Under the pieces are notes generated by a model. The model did no database searches and was not told the DNA's origin. It saw nothing but the letters and a program-made list of their open reading frames with translations. Below are positions 21,606-32,979 of a stretch of 44,339 nt of DNA, one piece after another. The stretch comes from a virus. Taxonomy: Duplodnaviria > Heunggongvirae > Uroviricota > Caudoviricetes. The stretch lies in IMG/VR virus record IMGVR_UViG_2923286960_000001; one strand, 5' to 3'. The number at the start of each line of letters is the position of its first letter. Positions within the stretch are counted from its first letter, which is position 1. The translations under genes and the position numbers were made by a program.

Positions 21606-22905
21606 TCTCCCGCATATTGCCAGCATGGCCTTTAATGAGCCGCTGATGCTTGAACCCGCCTATGCGCGGGTTTTCTTTTGTGCGCTTGCAGGCCAGCTTG
21701 GGATCAGCCGCCTGACGGATGCGGTGTCCGGCGACAGCCTGACTGCCGGAGAGGCACCCGCGACGCTGGCGTTAGTCGGTGATGGTGACGGACCACGACA
21801 GGCCCGCAGTTATCAGGTCATGAACGGCATCGCCGTGCTGCCGGTGTCCGGTACGCTGGTCAGCCGGACGCGGGCGCTGCAGCCTTATTCGGGGATGACC
21901 GGTTACAACGGCATTATCGCCCGTCTGCAACAGGCTGCCAGTGACCCGATGGTGGACGGCATTCTGCTCGATATGGACACGCCCGGCGGAATGGTGGCAG
22001 GGACATTTGACTGCGCTGACATCATCGCCCGTGTGCGTGACATAAAACCGGTATGGGCGCTGGCCAACGACATGAACTGCAGTGCAGGTCAGCTGCTTGC
22101 CAGCGCCGCCTCCCGGCGTCTGGTCACGCAGACCGCCCGGACAGGCTCCATCGGCGTCATGATGGCTCACAGTAATTACGGTGCTGCGCTGGAGAAACAG
22201 GGCGTGGAAATCACGCTGATTTACAGCGGCAGCCATAAGGTGGATGGCAACCCCTACAGCCATCTTCCGGATGACGTCCGGGAGACACTGCAGTCCCGGA
22301 TGGATGCAACCCGCCAGATGTTTGCGCAGAAGGTGTCGGCATATACCGGCCTGTCCGTGCAGGCTGTGCTGGATACCGAGGCTGCAGTGTACAGCGGTCA
22401 GGAGGCCATTGATGCCGGACTGGCTGATGAACTTGTTAACAGCACCGATGCGATCACCGTCATGCGTGATGCACTGGATGCACGTAAATCCCGTCTCTCA
22501 GGAGGGCGAATGACCAAAGAGACTCAATCAACAACTGTTTCAGCCACCGCTTCGCAGGCTGACGTTACTGACGTGGTGCAAGCGACGGAGGGCGAAAACG
22601 CCAGCGCGGCGCAGCCGGACGTGAACGCGCAGATCACCGCAGCGGTTGCGGCAGAAAACAGCCGCATTATGGGGATCCTCAACTGTGAGGAGGCTCACGG
22701 ACGCGAAGAACAGGCGCGCGTGCTGGCCGAAACCCCCGGAATGACCGTGGAAACGGCCCGCCACATTCTGGCCGCAGCACCACAGAGTGCACAGGCGCGC
22801 AGTGACACTGCGCTGGATCGTCTGATGCAGGGTGCACCGGCACCACTGGCTGCAGGTAACCCGGCATCTGATGCCGTTAACGATTTGCTGAACACACCAG
22901 TGTAA
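21586..22905 (+). CDS. C: capsid assembly protease C
   Basis: GTG start after GAGGAGGAG; 439 aa matching lambda gpC. Confidence 0.9.
22510..22905 (+). CDS. nu3: scaffolding protein Nu3 (in-frame internal start within C)
   Basis: ATG at 22510 after GGAGGG; 131 aa, same frame and stop as C. Confidence 0.8.
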   Translation: MTKETQSTTVSATASQADVTDVVQATEGENASAAQPDVNAQITAAVAAENSRIMGILNCEEAHGREEQARVLAETPGMTVETARHILAAAPQSAQARSDTALDRLMQGAPAPLAAGNPASDAVNDLLNTPV

Positions 22906-22914
22906 GGGATGTTT

Positions 22915-23247
22915 ATGACGAGCAAAGAAACCTTTACCCATTACCAGCCGCTGGGCAACAGTGACCCGGCTCATACCGCAACCGCGCCCGGCGGATTGAG
23001 TGCGAAAGCGCCTGCAATGACTCCGCTGATGCTTGACACCGCCACCCGTAAGCTGGTTGCGTGGGATGGCACCACCGACGGTGCTGCCGTTGGCATTCTG
23101 GCTGTTGCAGCTGACCAGACCAGCACCACGCTGACGTTCTACAAGTCCGGCACGTTCCGTTATGAGGATGTGCTCTGGCCGGAGGCTGCCAGCGACGAGA
23201 CGAAAAAACGGACCGCGTTTGCCGGAACGGCAATCAGCATCGTTTAA
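22915..23247 (+). CDS. D: head decoration protein D
   Basis: 110 aa from [12 protein letters not shown], lambda gpD-like. Confidence 0.95.
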   Translation: MTSKETFTHYQPLGNSDPAHTATAPGGLSAKAPAMTPLMLDTATRKLVAWDGTTDGAAVGILAVAADQTSTTLTFYKSGTFRYEDVLWPEAASDETKKRTAFAGTAISIV

Positions 23248-23267
23248 CTTTACCCTTCATCACTAAA

Positions 23268-23289
23268 GGCCGCCTGTGCGGCTTTTTTT
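23268..23289 (+). terminator. terminator-like hairpin between D and E
   Basis: GCCGC-ctgt-GCGGC followed by TTTTTTT. Confidence 0.4.
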
Positions 23290-23302
23290 ACGGGATTTTT
23301 TT

Positions 23303-24328
23303 ATGTCGATGTACACAACCGCCCAGCTGCTGGCGGCAAATGAGCAGAAATTTAAGTTTGATCCGCTGTTTCTGCGTCTCTTTTTCCGTGAGAGCTATCC
23401 CTTCACCACGGAGAAAGTCTATCTCTCACAAATTCCGGGACTGGTAAACATGGCGCTGTACGTTTCGCCGATTGTTTCCGGTGAGGTTATCCGTTCCCGT
23501 GGCGGCTCCACCTCTGAATTTACGCCGGGATATGTCAAGCCGAAGCATGAGGTGAATCCGCAGATGACCCTGCGTCGCCTGCCGGATGAAGATCCGCAGA
23601 ATCTGGCGGACCCGGCTTACCGCCGCCGTCGCATCATCATGCAGAACATGCGTGACGAAGAGCTGGCCATTGCTCAGGTCGAAGAGATGCAGGCCGTTTC
23701 TGCCGTGCTTAAGGGCAAATACACCATGACCGGTGAAGCCTTCGATCCGGTTGAGGTGGATATGGGCCGCAGTGCGGCGAATAACATCACGCAGTCCGGC
23801 GGCACGGAGTGGAGCAAGCGTGACAAGTCCACGTATGACCCGACCGACGATATCGAAGCCTACGCGCTGAACGCCAGCGGTGTGGTGAATATCATCGTGT
23901 TTGATCCGAAAGGCTGGGCGCTGTTCCGTTCCTTCAAAGCCGTCAGGGAGAAGCTGGATACCCGTCGTGGCTCTCATTCCGAGCTGGAGACAGCGGTAAA
24001 AGACCTGGGTAAAGCGGTGTCCTATAAGGGTATGTATGGCGATGTTGCCATCGTCGTGTATTCCGGACAGTACGTGGAAAACGGCGTCAAAAAGAACTTC
24101 CTGCCGGACAACACGATGGTGCTGGGGAACACTCAGGCACGCGGTCTGCGCACCTATGGTTGTATTCAGGATGCGGACGCACAGCGCGAAGGCATTAACG
24201 CCTCTGCCCGTTACCCGAAAAACTGGGTGACCACCGGCGATCCGGCACGTGAGTTCACCATGATTCAGTCAGCACCGCTGATGCTGCTGGCTGACCCTGA
24301 TGAGTTCGTGTCCGTACAACTGGCGTAA
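23303..24328 (+). CDS. E: major capsid protein E
   Basis: 341 aa from MSMYTTAQLLAANEQ, lambda gpE-like. Confidence 0.95.
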   Translation: MSMYTTAQLLAANEQKFKFDPLFLRLFFRESYPFTTEKVYLSQIPGLVNMALYVSPIVSGEVIRSRGGSTSEFTPGYVKPKHEVNPQMTLRRLPDEDPQNLADPAYRRRRIIMQNMRDEELAIAQVEEMQAVSAVLKGKYTMTGEAFDPVEVDMGRSAANNITQSGGTEWSKRDKSTYDPTDDIEAYALNASGVVNIIVFDPKGWALFRSFKAVREKLDTRRGSHSELETAVKDLGKAVSYKGMYGDVAIVVYSGQYVENGVKKNFLPDNTMVLGNTQARGLRTYGCIQDADAQREGINASARYPKNWVTTGDPAREFTMIQSAPLMLLADPDEFVSVQLA

Positions 24329-24369
24329 TCATGGCCCTTCGGGGCCATTGTCTCTCTGTGGAGAAGTCC

Positions 24370-24768
24370 ATGACGAAAGATGAACTGATTGCCCGTCTCC
24401 GCTCGCTGGGTGAACAACTGAACCGTGATGTCAGCCTGACGGGGACGAAAGAAGAACTGGCGCTCCGTGTGGCAGAGCTGGAAGAGGAGCTTGATGACAC
24501 GGATGACACTGCCGGTCAGGACACCCCTCTCAGCCCGGAAAATGTGCTGACCGGGCATGAAAATGAGGTGGTATCAGCGCAGCCGGACACCGTGATTCAG
24601 GATACGGCTGAACTGGTCACGGTCGTGGCACTGGTGACGCTGCATACTGATGCACTTCACGCCACGCGGGATGAACCTGTGGCATTTGTGCTGCCGGGAA
24701 CGGCGTTTCGTGTCTCTGCCGGTGTGGCAGCCGAAATGACAGAGCGCGGCCTGGCCAGAATGCAATAA
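24370..24768 (+). CDS. FI: DNA packaging protein FI
   Basis: 132 aa from MTKDELIARLRSLGEQL. Confidence 0.9.
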   Translation: MTKDELIARLRSLGEQLNRDVSLTGTKEELALRVAELEEELDDTDDTAGQDTPLSPENVLTGHENEVVSAQPDTVIQDTAELVTVVALVTLHTDALHATRDEPVAFVLPGTAFRVSAGVAAEMTERGLARMQ

Positions 24769-24779
24769 CGGGAGGCGCT

Positions 24780-25133
24780 GTGGCTGATTTCGATAACCTG
24801 TTCGATGCTGCCATTGCCCGCGCCGATGAAACGATACGCGGGTACATGGGAACGTCAGCCACCATGACATCCGGTGAGCAGTCCGGTGCAGTGATACGTG
24901 GTGTTTTTGATGACCCTGAAAATATCAGCTATGCCGGACAGGGCGTGCGCGTTGAAGGCTCCAGCCCGTCCCTGTTTGTCCGGACTGATGAGGTGCGGCA
25001 ACTGCGGCGTGGAGACACGCTGACCATCGGTGAGGAAAACTTCTGGATAGATCGTGTTTCGCCGGATGATGGCGGAAGCTGTCATCTCTGGCTTGGGCGG
25101 GGCGTACCGCCTGCCGTTAACCGTCGCCGCTGA
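24780..25133 (+). CDS. FII: head-tail connector protein FII
   Basis: 117 aa, GTG start, MADFDNLFDAAIARADE. Confidence 0.9.
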   Translation: MADFDNLFDAAIARADETIRGYMGTSATMTSGEQSGAVIRGVFDDPENISYAGQGVRVEGSSPSLFVRTDEVRQLRRGDTLTIGEENFWIDRVSPDDGGSCHLWLGRGVPPAVNRRR

Positions 25134-25144
25134 AAGGGGGATGT

Positions 25145-25723
25145 ATGGCCATAAAAGGTCTTGAGCAGGCCGTTGAAAACCTCAGCCGTATCAGCAAAAC
25201 GGCGGTGCCTGGTGCCGCCGCAATGGCCATTAACCGCGTTGCTTCATCCGCGATATCGCAGTCTGCGTCACAGGTTGCCCGTGAGACAAAGGTACGCCGG
25301 AAACTGGTAAAGGAAAGGGCCAGGCTGAAAAGGGCCACGGTTAAAAATCCGCAGGCCAGAATCAAGGTTAACCGGGGGGATTTGCCCGTAATCAAGCTGG
25401 GTAATGCGCGGGTTGTCCTGTCCCGACGCAGGCGTCGTAAAAAGGGGCAGCGTTCATCCCTGAAAGGTGGCGGCAGCGTGCTTGTGGTGGGAAACCGTCG
25501 TATTCCCGGCGCGTTTATTCAGCAACTGAAAAATGGCCGGTGGCATGTCATGCAGCGTGTGGCCGGGAAAAACCGTTACCCCATTGATGTGGTGAAAATC
25601 CCGATGGCGGTGCCACTGACCACGGCGTTTAAACAGAATATTGAACGGATACGGCGTGAGCGTCTTCCGAAAGAGCTGGGCTATGCGCTGCAGCATCAAC
25701 TGAGAATGGTAATAAAGCGATGA
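25145..25723 (+). CDS. Z: tail completion protein Z
   Basis: 192 aa, lambda gpZ-like. Confidence 0.9.
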   Translation: MAIKGLEQAVENLSRISKTAVPGAAAMAINRVASSAISQSASQVARETKVRRKLVKERARLKRATVKNPQARIKVNRGDLPVIKLGNARVVLSRRRRRKKGQRSSLKGGGSVLVVGNRRIPGAFIQQLKNGRWHVMQRVAGKNRYPIDVVKIPMAVPLTTAFKQNIERIRRERLPKELGYALQHQLRMVIKR

Positions 25724-26115
25724 AACATACTGAACTCCGTGCAGCCGTACTGGATGCACTGGAGAAGCATGACACCGGGGCGACGCTTTTTGATGGTCGC
25801 CCCGCTGTTTTTGATGAGGCGGATTTTCCGGCAATTGCCGTTTATCTCACCGGCGCTGAATACACGGGCGAAGAGCTGGACAGCGATACCTGGCAGGCGG
25901 AGCTGCATATTGAAGTTTTCCTGCCTGCTCAGGTGCCGGATTCAGAGCTGGATTCGTGGATGGAGTCCCGGATTTATCCGGTGATGAGCGATATCCCGGC
26001 ACTGTCAGATTTGATCACCAGTATGGTGGCCAGTGGCTATGACTACCGGCGCGACGATGATGCGGGCCTGTGGAGTTCAGCCGATCTGACTTATGTCATT
26101 ACCTATGAAATGTGA
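25720..26115 (+). CDS. U: tail terminator protein U
   Basis: 131 aa, lambda gpU-like; ATGA overlap with Z. Confidence 0.9.
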   Translation: MKHTELRAAVLDALEKHDTGATLFDGRPAVFDEADFPAIAVYLTGAEYTGEELDSDTWQAELHIEVFLPAQVPDSELDSWMESRIYPVMSDIPALSDLITSMVASGYDYRRDDDAGLWSSADLTYVITYEM

Positions 26116-26196
26116 GGACGATATGCCTGTACCAAATCCAGCAATACCGGTGAAAGGTGCCGGGACCACACTGTGGGTTTATAAGGGGAACGGTGA

Positions 26197-26204
26197 CCCT
26201 TATG
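26197..26204. repeat. target-site duplication CCCTTATG, left copy
   Basis: Identical 8-mer immediately outside both IS ends. Confidence 0.85.
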
Positions 26205-26257
26205 GTAACCGGCTCATTTAGACCGTCTGGTCTGTTTCCTCCGGCTCTACAAAAATA

Positions 26258-26935
26258 ATGTCCATCATTTTTAATGGACACTATCGTATGAAACACCGGA
26301 CCTGGATCACTGAAGCTTTACGTCTTCACTTTGAAGAACATTTACCCCGGGTTGTGGCCGGGCGTCGCCTGGGTGTACCAAAATCAACAGTTTGTAGTAT
26401 GTTCGTGCGCTTTCGGAGAGCTGGCCTTTCGTGGCCTTTGCCCGCAGGCATGTCGGAGCAGGAACTTGATGCCTGCCTTTACGGACAATTTTCCACGGTA
26501 CCAGTCGTACGTCCTGAAAGCACCGTTATATCCGAAGCCCCCGTGGTAAAAAAACGTCCCCGGCGGCCCAACTTCCCTTATGAGTTTAAAATCGCCTTAG
26601 TGGAGCAGTCACTGCAGCCCGGAGCCTGTGTGGCGCAGATCGCCCGGGAAAACGGAATCAACGATAACCTGCTCTTCAACTGGCGCCATCAATACCGGAA
26701 AGGTGGCCTGCTGCCTTCCGGAAAAAATATGCCGGCACTGCTTCCCGTGACGTTAACGCCGGAGCCGGATAATAAAATCCCGGCCCCCGCACAGGAACCA
26801 GAGCAGATAAATACACCGTCCGACAGTCTGTGTTGTGAGCTGGTTCTGCCGGCCGGAACTCTCAGGCTTAAAGGTAAACTGACGCCGGCGTTATTACAGA
26901 CACTTATCCGCGAAATAAAAGGGAGCAGCCACTGA
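26258..26935 (+). CDS. IS66-family accessory protein (orf1/TnpA-like); start uncertain
   Basis: First ORF inside the IS; stop overlaps the orf2 start (TGATG); alternative start at 26288. Confidence 0.6.
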   Translation: MSIIFNGHYRMKHRTWITEALRLHFEEHLPRVVAGRRLGVPKSTVCSMFVRFRRAGLSWPLPAGMSEQELDACLYGQFSTVPVVRPESTVISEAPVVKKRPRRPNFPYEFKIALVEQSLQPGACVAQIARENGINDNLLFNWRHQYRKGGLLPSGKNMPALLPVTLTPEPDNKIPAPAQEPEQINTPSDSLCCELVLPAGTLRLKGKLTPALLQTLIREIKGSSH

Positions 26936-27282
26936 TGATATCTCTCCCTGCAGGTTCGCGTATCTGGCTGGTTGCAGGTATCACCGATATGCGAAATGGC
27001 TTTAACGGCCTGGCATCAAAAGTTCAGAACGTCCTGAAGGATGACCCGTTCTCCGGACACCTGTTCATCTTCCGCGGACGCCGGGGTGACCAGATAAAAG
27101 TGTTGTGGGCTGACAGTGACGGACTGTGCCTCTTCACCAAACGCCTGGAGCGGGGCCGCTTCGTCTGGCCAGTCACCCGTGACGGCAAGGTGCACCTTAC
27201 TCCGGCTCAGTTATCCATGCTTCTTGAAGGTATCAACTGGAAGCACCCGAAACGAACGGAACGCGCTGGAATCCGCATATAA
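26935..27282 (+). CDS. IS66-family Orf2 (TnpB-like) protein
   Basis: 115 aa, MISLPAGSRIWLVAGITDMRNGFNGLA, recalled IS66 Orf2 signature. Confidence 0.85.
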   Translation: MISLPAGSRIWLVAGITDMRNGFNGLASKVQNVLKDDPFSGHLFIFRGRRGDQIKVLWADSDGLCLFTKRLERGRFVWPVTRDGKVHLTPAQLSMLLEGINWKHPKRTERAGIRI

Positions 27283-27301
27283 CCCGTTGTAAAGTGAGGA
27301 T

Positions 27302-28873
27302 ATGGACACCTCACTTGCTCATGAGAACGCCCGCCTGCGGGCACTGTTGCAGACGCAACAGGACACCATCCGCCAGATGGCTGAATACAACCGTCTGCTC
27401 TCACAGCGGGTGGCGGCTTATGCTTCCGAAATCAACCGGCTGAAGGCGCTGGTTGCGAAACTGCAACGTATGCAGTTCGGTAAAAGCTCAGAAAAACTTC
27501 GTGCAAAAACCGAACGGCAGATACAGGAAGCACAGGAGCGAATCAGCGCACTTCAGGAAGAAATGGCGGAAACGCTGGGTGAGCAATATGACCCGGTACT
27601 GCCATCCGCCCTGCGCCAGTCTTCAGCCCGTAAACCGTTACCGGCCTCACTTCCCCGTGAAACCCGGGTTATCCGGCCGGAAGAGGAATGCTGTCCTGCC
27701 TGTGGTGGTGAACTCAGTTCTCTGGGATGTGATGTGTCAGAGCAACTGGAGCTTATCAGCAGCGCCTTTAAGGTTATCGAAACACAACGTCCGAAACAGG
27801 CCTGTTGCCGGTGCGACCATATCGTGCAGGCACCAGTACCTTCAAAACCCATTGCACGCAGTTATGCCGGAGCGGGGCTTCTGGCCCATGTTGTCACCGG
27901 GAAATATGCAGACCATCTGCCGTTATACCGCCAGTCAGAAATATACCGTCGTCAGGGAGTGGAGCTGAGCCGTGCCACACTGGGGCGCTGGACAGGTGCT
28001 GTTGCTGAACTGCTGGAGCCGCTGTATGACGTCCTGCGCCAGTATGTGCTGATGCCCGGTAAAGTCCATGCTGATGATATCCCCGTCCCGGTCCAGGAGC
28101 CGGGCAGCGGTAAAACCCGGACAGCCCGGCTGTGGGTCTACGTCCGTGATGACCGTAACGCCGGTTCACAGATGCCCCCGGCGGTCTGGTTCGCGTACAG
28201 TCCGGACCGGAAAGGTATCCATCCACAAAATCACCTGGCCGGTTACAGCGGTGTGCTTCAGGCCGATGCTTACGGTGGTTACCGGGCGTTATACGAATCC
28301 GGCAGAATAACGGAAGCCGCGTGTATGGCTCATGCCCGGAGAAAAATCCACGATGTGCATGCAAGAGCGCCCACCTACATCACCACGGAAGCCCTGCAGC
28401 GTATCGGTGAACTGTATGCCATCGAGGCAGAGGTCCGGGGCTGTTCAGCAGAACAGCGTCTGGCGGCAAGAAAAGCCAGAGCCGCGCCACTGATGCAGTC
28501 ACTGTATGACTGGATACAGCAACAGATGAAAACACTGTCGCGTCACTCAGATACGGCAAAAGCGTTCGCATACCTGCTGAAACAGTGGGATGCACTGAAC
28601 GTGTACTGCAGTAATGGCTGGGTGGAAATCGACAACAACATCGCAGAGAACGCCTTACGGGGAGTGGCCGTAGGCCGGAAAAACTGGATGTTCGCGGGTT
28701 CCGACAGCGGTGGTGAACATGCGGCGGTGTTGTACTCGCTGATCGGCACATGCCGTCTGAACAATGTGGAGCCAGAAAAGTGGCTGCGTTACGTCATTGA
28801 ACATATCCAGGACTGGCCGGCAAACCGGGTACGCGATCTGTTGCCCTGGAAAGTTGATCTGAGCTCTCAGTAA
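27302..28873 (+). CDS. IS66-family transposase (TnpC)
   Basis: 523 aa; N-terminal coiled coil, CxxC ... CxxC zinc-finger-like pairs, large catalytic core. Confidence 0.85.
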   Translation: MDTSLAHENARLRALLQTQQDTIRQMAEYNRLLSQRVAAYASEINRLKALVAKLQRMQFGKSSEKLRAKTERQIQEAQERISALQEEMAETLGEQYDPVLPSALRQSSARKPLPASLPRETRVIRPEEECCPACGGELSSLGCDVSEQLELISSAFKVIETQRPKQACCRCDHIVQAPVPSKPIARSYAGAGLLAHVVTGKYADHLPLYRQSEIYRRQGVELSRATLGRWTGAVAELLEPLYDVLRQYVLMPGKVHADDIPVPVQEPGSGKTRTARLWVYVRDDRNAGSQMPPAVWFAYSPDRKGIHPQNHLAGYSGVLQADAYGGYRALYESGRITEAACMAHARRKIHDVHARAPTYITTEALQRIGELYAIEAEVRGCSAEQRLAARKARAAPLMQSLYDWIQQQMKTLSRHSDTAKAFAYLLKQWDALNVYCSNGWVEIDNNIAENALRGVAVGRKNWMFAGSDSGGEHAAVLYSLIGTCRLNNVEPEKWLRYVIEHIQDWPANRVRDLLPWKVDLSSQ

Positions 28874-28903
28874 ATATCAATACGGTTCTGACGAGTCGCT
28901 TAC

Positions 28904-28911
28904 CCCTTATG
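28904..28911. repeat. target-site duplication CCCTTATG, right copy
   Basis: Identical 8-mer immediately outside both IS ends. Confidence 0.85.
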
Positions 28912-29585
28912 CGAACCCGCTTTCAGACGTTGACTGGTCGCGTCTGGCAAAAGTTAAAGACCTGACGCCCGGCGAACTGACCGCTGAGTCCTATGACGAC
29001 AGTTATCTCGATGATGAGGATGCGGACTGGACTGCGACCGGGCAGGGGCAGAAATCAGCCGGAGATACCAGCTTCACGCTGGCGTGGATGCCCGGAGAGC
29101 AGGGGCAGCAGGCGCTGCTGGCGTGGTTTAATGAAGGTGATACCCGTGCCTATAAAATCCGCTTCCCGAACGGCACGGTCGATGTGTTCCGTGGCTGGGT
29201 CAGCAGTATCGGTAAAGCGGTGACGGCGAAGGAAGTGATCACCCGCACGGTGAAGGTCACCAATGTGGGACGCCCGTCGATGGCAGAAGATCGCAGCACG
29301 GTAACAGCGGCCACCGGCATGACCGTGACGCCTGCCAGCACTTCGGTGGTGAAAGGGCAGAGCACCACGCTGACCGTGGCCTTCCAGCCGGAAGGCGCAA
29401 CCGACAAGAGCTTCCGTGCGGTGTCAGCGGATAAAACAAAAGCCACCGTGTCGGTCAGTGGTATGACCATCACCGTGAACGGCGTTGCTGCAGGCAAGGT
29501 CAACATTCCGGTTGTATCCGGTAATGGTGAGTTTGCTGCGGTTGCAGAAATCACCGTCACCGCCAGTTAATCCGGAGAGTCAGCG

Positions 29586-30008
29586 ATGTTCCTGAAAACA
29601 GAATCATTTGAACATAACGGCGTGACCGTCACGCTTTCTGAACTGTCAGCCCTGCAGCGTATTGAGCATCTTGCCTGGTTGAAAGAGCAGGAAAAAAAGG
29701 CTGAATCCAGCGGCAACCTGCAGGTGTCTGTAGAGGATCTTATCAGAGGCGGGGCGTTTCTGGTGGCGATGTCTCTGTGGCATAACCATCCGCAGAAGAC
29801 AAAGCTGCCGTCCATGAATGAAGCCATTACGCAGATTGAGCAGGAAGTGCTTACCACCTGGCCCACGGAGGCAATTGCTCAGGCTGAAAACGTGGTGTTA
29901 CGTCTGTCCGGAATGTCTGAGTTTGTGGTGAATAATGCCCCTGAACAGGCAGATGACGCCGGGCCTGCAGAGCCTGTTTCTGCGGGAAAGTGTTCGACGG
30001 TGAGCTGA
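29586..30008 (+). CDS. G: tail assembly chaperone G
   Basis: 140 aa from MFLKTESFEHNGVTVTLSEL. Confidence 0.9.
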   Translation: MFLKTESFEHNGVTVTLSELSALQRIEHLAWLKEQEKKAESSGNLQVSVEDLIRGGAFLVAMSLWHNHPQKTKLPSMNEAITQIEQEVLTTWPTEAIAQAENVVLRLSGMSEFVVNNAPEQADDAGPAEPVSAGKCSTVS

Positions 30009-30424
30009 GTTTTGCCCTGAAACTGGCGCGTGAGATGGGGCGACCCGACTGGCGCGCCATGCTTGCCGGGATGTCATCCACGGAGTATGCCGACTGGCAC
30101 CGCTTTTACAGTACCCATTATTTTCATGATGTTCTGCTGGATATGCACTTTTCCGGGCTGACGTACACCGTACTCAGCCTGTTTTTCAGCGATCCGGATA
30201 TGCATCCGCTGGATTTCAGTCTGCTGAACCGGTGTGAGGCTGACGAAGAGCCTGAAGATGATGTGCTGATGCAGAAAGCGGCAGGGCTTGCCGGAGGCGT
30301 CCGCTTTGACCCGGACGGGAATGAAGTTATCCCCGCTTCCCCGGATGTGACGGGCATGACGGAGGATGACGTAATGCTGATGACAGTATCAGAAGGGATC
30401 GCAGGAGGAGTCCGGTATGGCTGA
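29586..30424 (+). CDS. T: tail assembly chaperone GT fusion made by -1 programmed frameshift
   Basis: T-frame ORF 29990-30424 has no independent start and overlaps the G 3' end in the -1 frame; slippery heptamer GGGAAAG at 29984-29990. Confidence 0.8.
29984..29990 (+). promoter_or_regulatory. -1 programmed ribosomal frameshift slippery site (G GGA AAG)
   Basis: Heptamer sits in the G/T overlap, as in lambda. Confidence 0.75.
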
Positions 30425-32979
30425 ACCGGTAGGCGATCTGGTCGTTGATTTAAGTCTGGATGCGGCCAGATTTGACGAGCAGATGGCCAGAGTCAGGCGT
30501 CATTTTTCCGGTACGGAAAGTGATGCGAAAAAAACAGCGGCAGTCGTTGAACAGTCAATGAACCGGCAGGCGCTGGCTGCACAGAAAGCGGGGATTTCCG
30601 TCGGGCAGTATAAAGCTGCCATGCGTATGCTGCCTGCGCAGTTCACTGACGTGGCCACGCAGCTTGCAGGGGGGGCAGAATCCGTGGCTCATCCTGCTGC
30701 AACAGGGTGGTCAGGTGAAGGACTCCTTCGGCGGAATGATCCCCATGTTCAGGGGGCTTGCCGGTGCGATCACCCTGCCGATGGTCGGGGCCACCTCGCT
30801 GGCGGTGGCGACCGGTGCGCTGGCGTATGCCTGGTATCAGGGCAACTCAACCCTGTCCGATTTCAACAAAACGCTGGTCCTTTCCGGCAATCAGTCGGGT
30901 CTGACGGCAGATCGCATGCTGGTCCTGTCCAGAGCCGGGCAGGCGGCAGGGCTGACGTTTAACCAGACCAGCGAGTCACTCAGCGCACTGGTTAAGGCGG
31001 GAGTAAGCGGTGAGGCTCAGATTGCGTCCATCAGCCAGAGTGTGGCGCGTTTCTCCTCTGCATCCGGTGTGGAGGTGGACAGGGTCGCTGAAGCCTTCGG
31101 GAAGCTGACCACAGACCCGACGTCGGGGTTGACGGCGATGGCACGCCAGTTCCATAACGTGACGGCGGAGCAGATTGCGTATGTTGCTCAGTTGCAGCGT
31201 TCCGGCGATGAAGCCGGGGCATTGCAGGCGGCGAACGAGGCCGCGACGAAAGGGTTTGATGACCAGACCCGCCGCCTGAAAGAGAACATGGGTACGCTGG
31301 AGACCTGGGCAGACAGGACCGCGCGGGCATTCAAATCCATGTGGGATGCGGTGCTGGATATTGGTCGTCCTGATACCGCGCAGGAGATGCTGATTAAGGC
31401 AGAGGCTGCGTTTAAGAAAGCGGACGACATCTGGAGTCTGCGCAAGGATGATTATTTTGTTAACGATGAAGCGCGGGCGCGTTACTGGGATGATCGTGAA
31501 AAGGCCCGTCTTGCGCTTGAAGCCGCGAGAAAGAAGGCTGAACAGCAGAGTCAACAGGACACAAATGCGCAGCAGCAGAGCGATACTGAAGCGTCACGGC
31601 TGAAATATACCGAAGAGGCGCAGAAGGCTTACGAACGGCTGCAGACGCCGCTGGAGAAATATACCGCCCGTCAGGAAGAACTGAACAAGGCACTGAAGGA
31701 CGGGAAAATTCTGCAGGCAGATTACAACACGCTGATGGCGGCGGCGAAAAAGGACTATGAAGCGACGCTGAAAAAGCCGAAACAGTCCGGCGTGAAGGTG
31801 TCTGCGGGCGATCGTCAGGAAGACAGTGCTCATGCTGCCCTGCTGACGCTTCAGGCTGAACTCCGGACGCTGGAGAAGTATGCCGGAGCAAATGAGAAAA
31901 TCAGCCAGCAGCGCCGGGATTTGTGGAAGGCGGAGAGTCAGTTCGCGGTACTGGAGGAGGCGGCGCAACGTCGCCAGCTGTCTGCACAGGAGAAATCCCT
32001 GCTGGCGCATAAAGATGAGACGCTGGAGTACAAACGCCAGCTGGCTGCACTTGGCGACAAGGTTACGTATCAGGAGCGCCTGAACGCGCTGGCGCAGCAG
32101 GCGGATAAATTCGCACAGCAGCAACGGGCAAAACGGACCGCCATTGATGCGAAAAGCCGGGGGCTGACTGACCGGCAGGCAGCGCGGGAAGCCACAGAAC
32201 AGCGCCTGAAGGAACAGTATGGCGATAATCCTCTGGCGCTGAATAACGTCATGTCAGAGCAGAAAAAGACCTGGGCGGCTGAAGACCAGCTTCGCGGGAG
32301 CTGGATGGCAGGCCTGAAGTCCGGCTGGAGTGAGTGGGAAGAGAGCGCCACGGACAGTATGTCGCAGGTTAAAAGTGCAGCCGCGCAGACCTTTGATGGT
32401 ATTGCGCAGAATATGGCGGCGATGCTGACCGGCAGTGAGCAGAACTGGCGCAGCTTCACCCGTTCCGTGCTGTCCATGATGACAGAAATTCTGCTTAAGC
32501 AGGCAATGGTGGGGATTGTCGGGAGTATCGGCAGCGCCATTGGCGGGGCTGTTGGTGGCGGCGCATCCGCGTCAGGCGGTACAGCCATTCAGGCCGCTGC
32601 GGCGAAATTCCATTTTGCAACCGGAGGATTTACGGGAACCGGCGGCAAATATGAGCCAGCGGGGATTGTTCACCGTGGTGAATTTGTCTTCACAAAGGAG
32701 GCAACCAGCCGGATTGGCGTGGGGAATCTTTACCGGCTGATGCGCGGCTATGCCACCGGCGGTTATGTCGGTACACCGGGCAGCATGGCAGACAGCCGGT
32801 CGCAGGCGTCCGGGACGTTTGAGCAGAATAACCATGTGGTGATTAACAACGACGGCACGAACGGGCAGATAGGTCCGGCTGCTCTGAAGGCAGTGTATGA
32901 CATGGCCCGCAAGGGTGCCCGTGATGAAATCCAGGCACAGATGCGCGATGGTGGTCTGTTCTCCGGAGGTGGACGATGA
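30417..32979 (+). pseudogene. H: tape measure protein H, split by a +1 frameshift in a G7 run (30669-30675)
   Basis: First ORF (30417-30962) matches H for about 82 aa then diverges; second ORF (30664-32979) continues H (QNPWLILLQQGGQVKD...) in the +1 frame; removing one G joins them. Confidence 0.85.

Larger units (their letters stand above)
26205..28903 (+). mobile_element. IS66-family insertion sequence (2699 bp, three ORFs)
   Basis: Ends begin GTAA (left GTAACCGGCTC..., right reverse complement GTAAGCGACTC...), imperfect terminal inverted repeats; flanked by 8-bp direct repeat CCCTTATG; orf1/orf2/orf3 organisation. Confidence 0.9.
26123..29570 (+). pseudogene. V: major tail protein V interrupted by an IS66-family insertion
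   Basis: V reads [27 protein letters not shown] to 26204, then IS sequence; V resumes in frame at 28905 ([17 protein letters not shown]...) through 29570. Confidence 0.9.
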
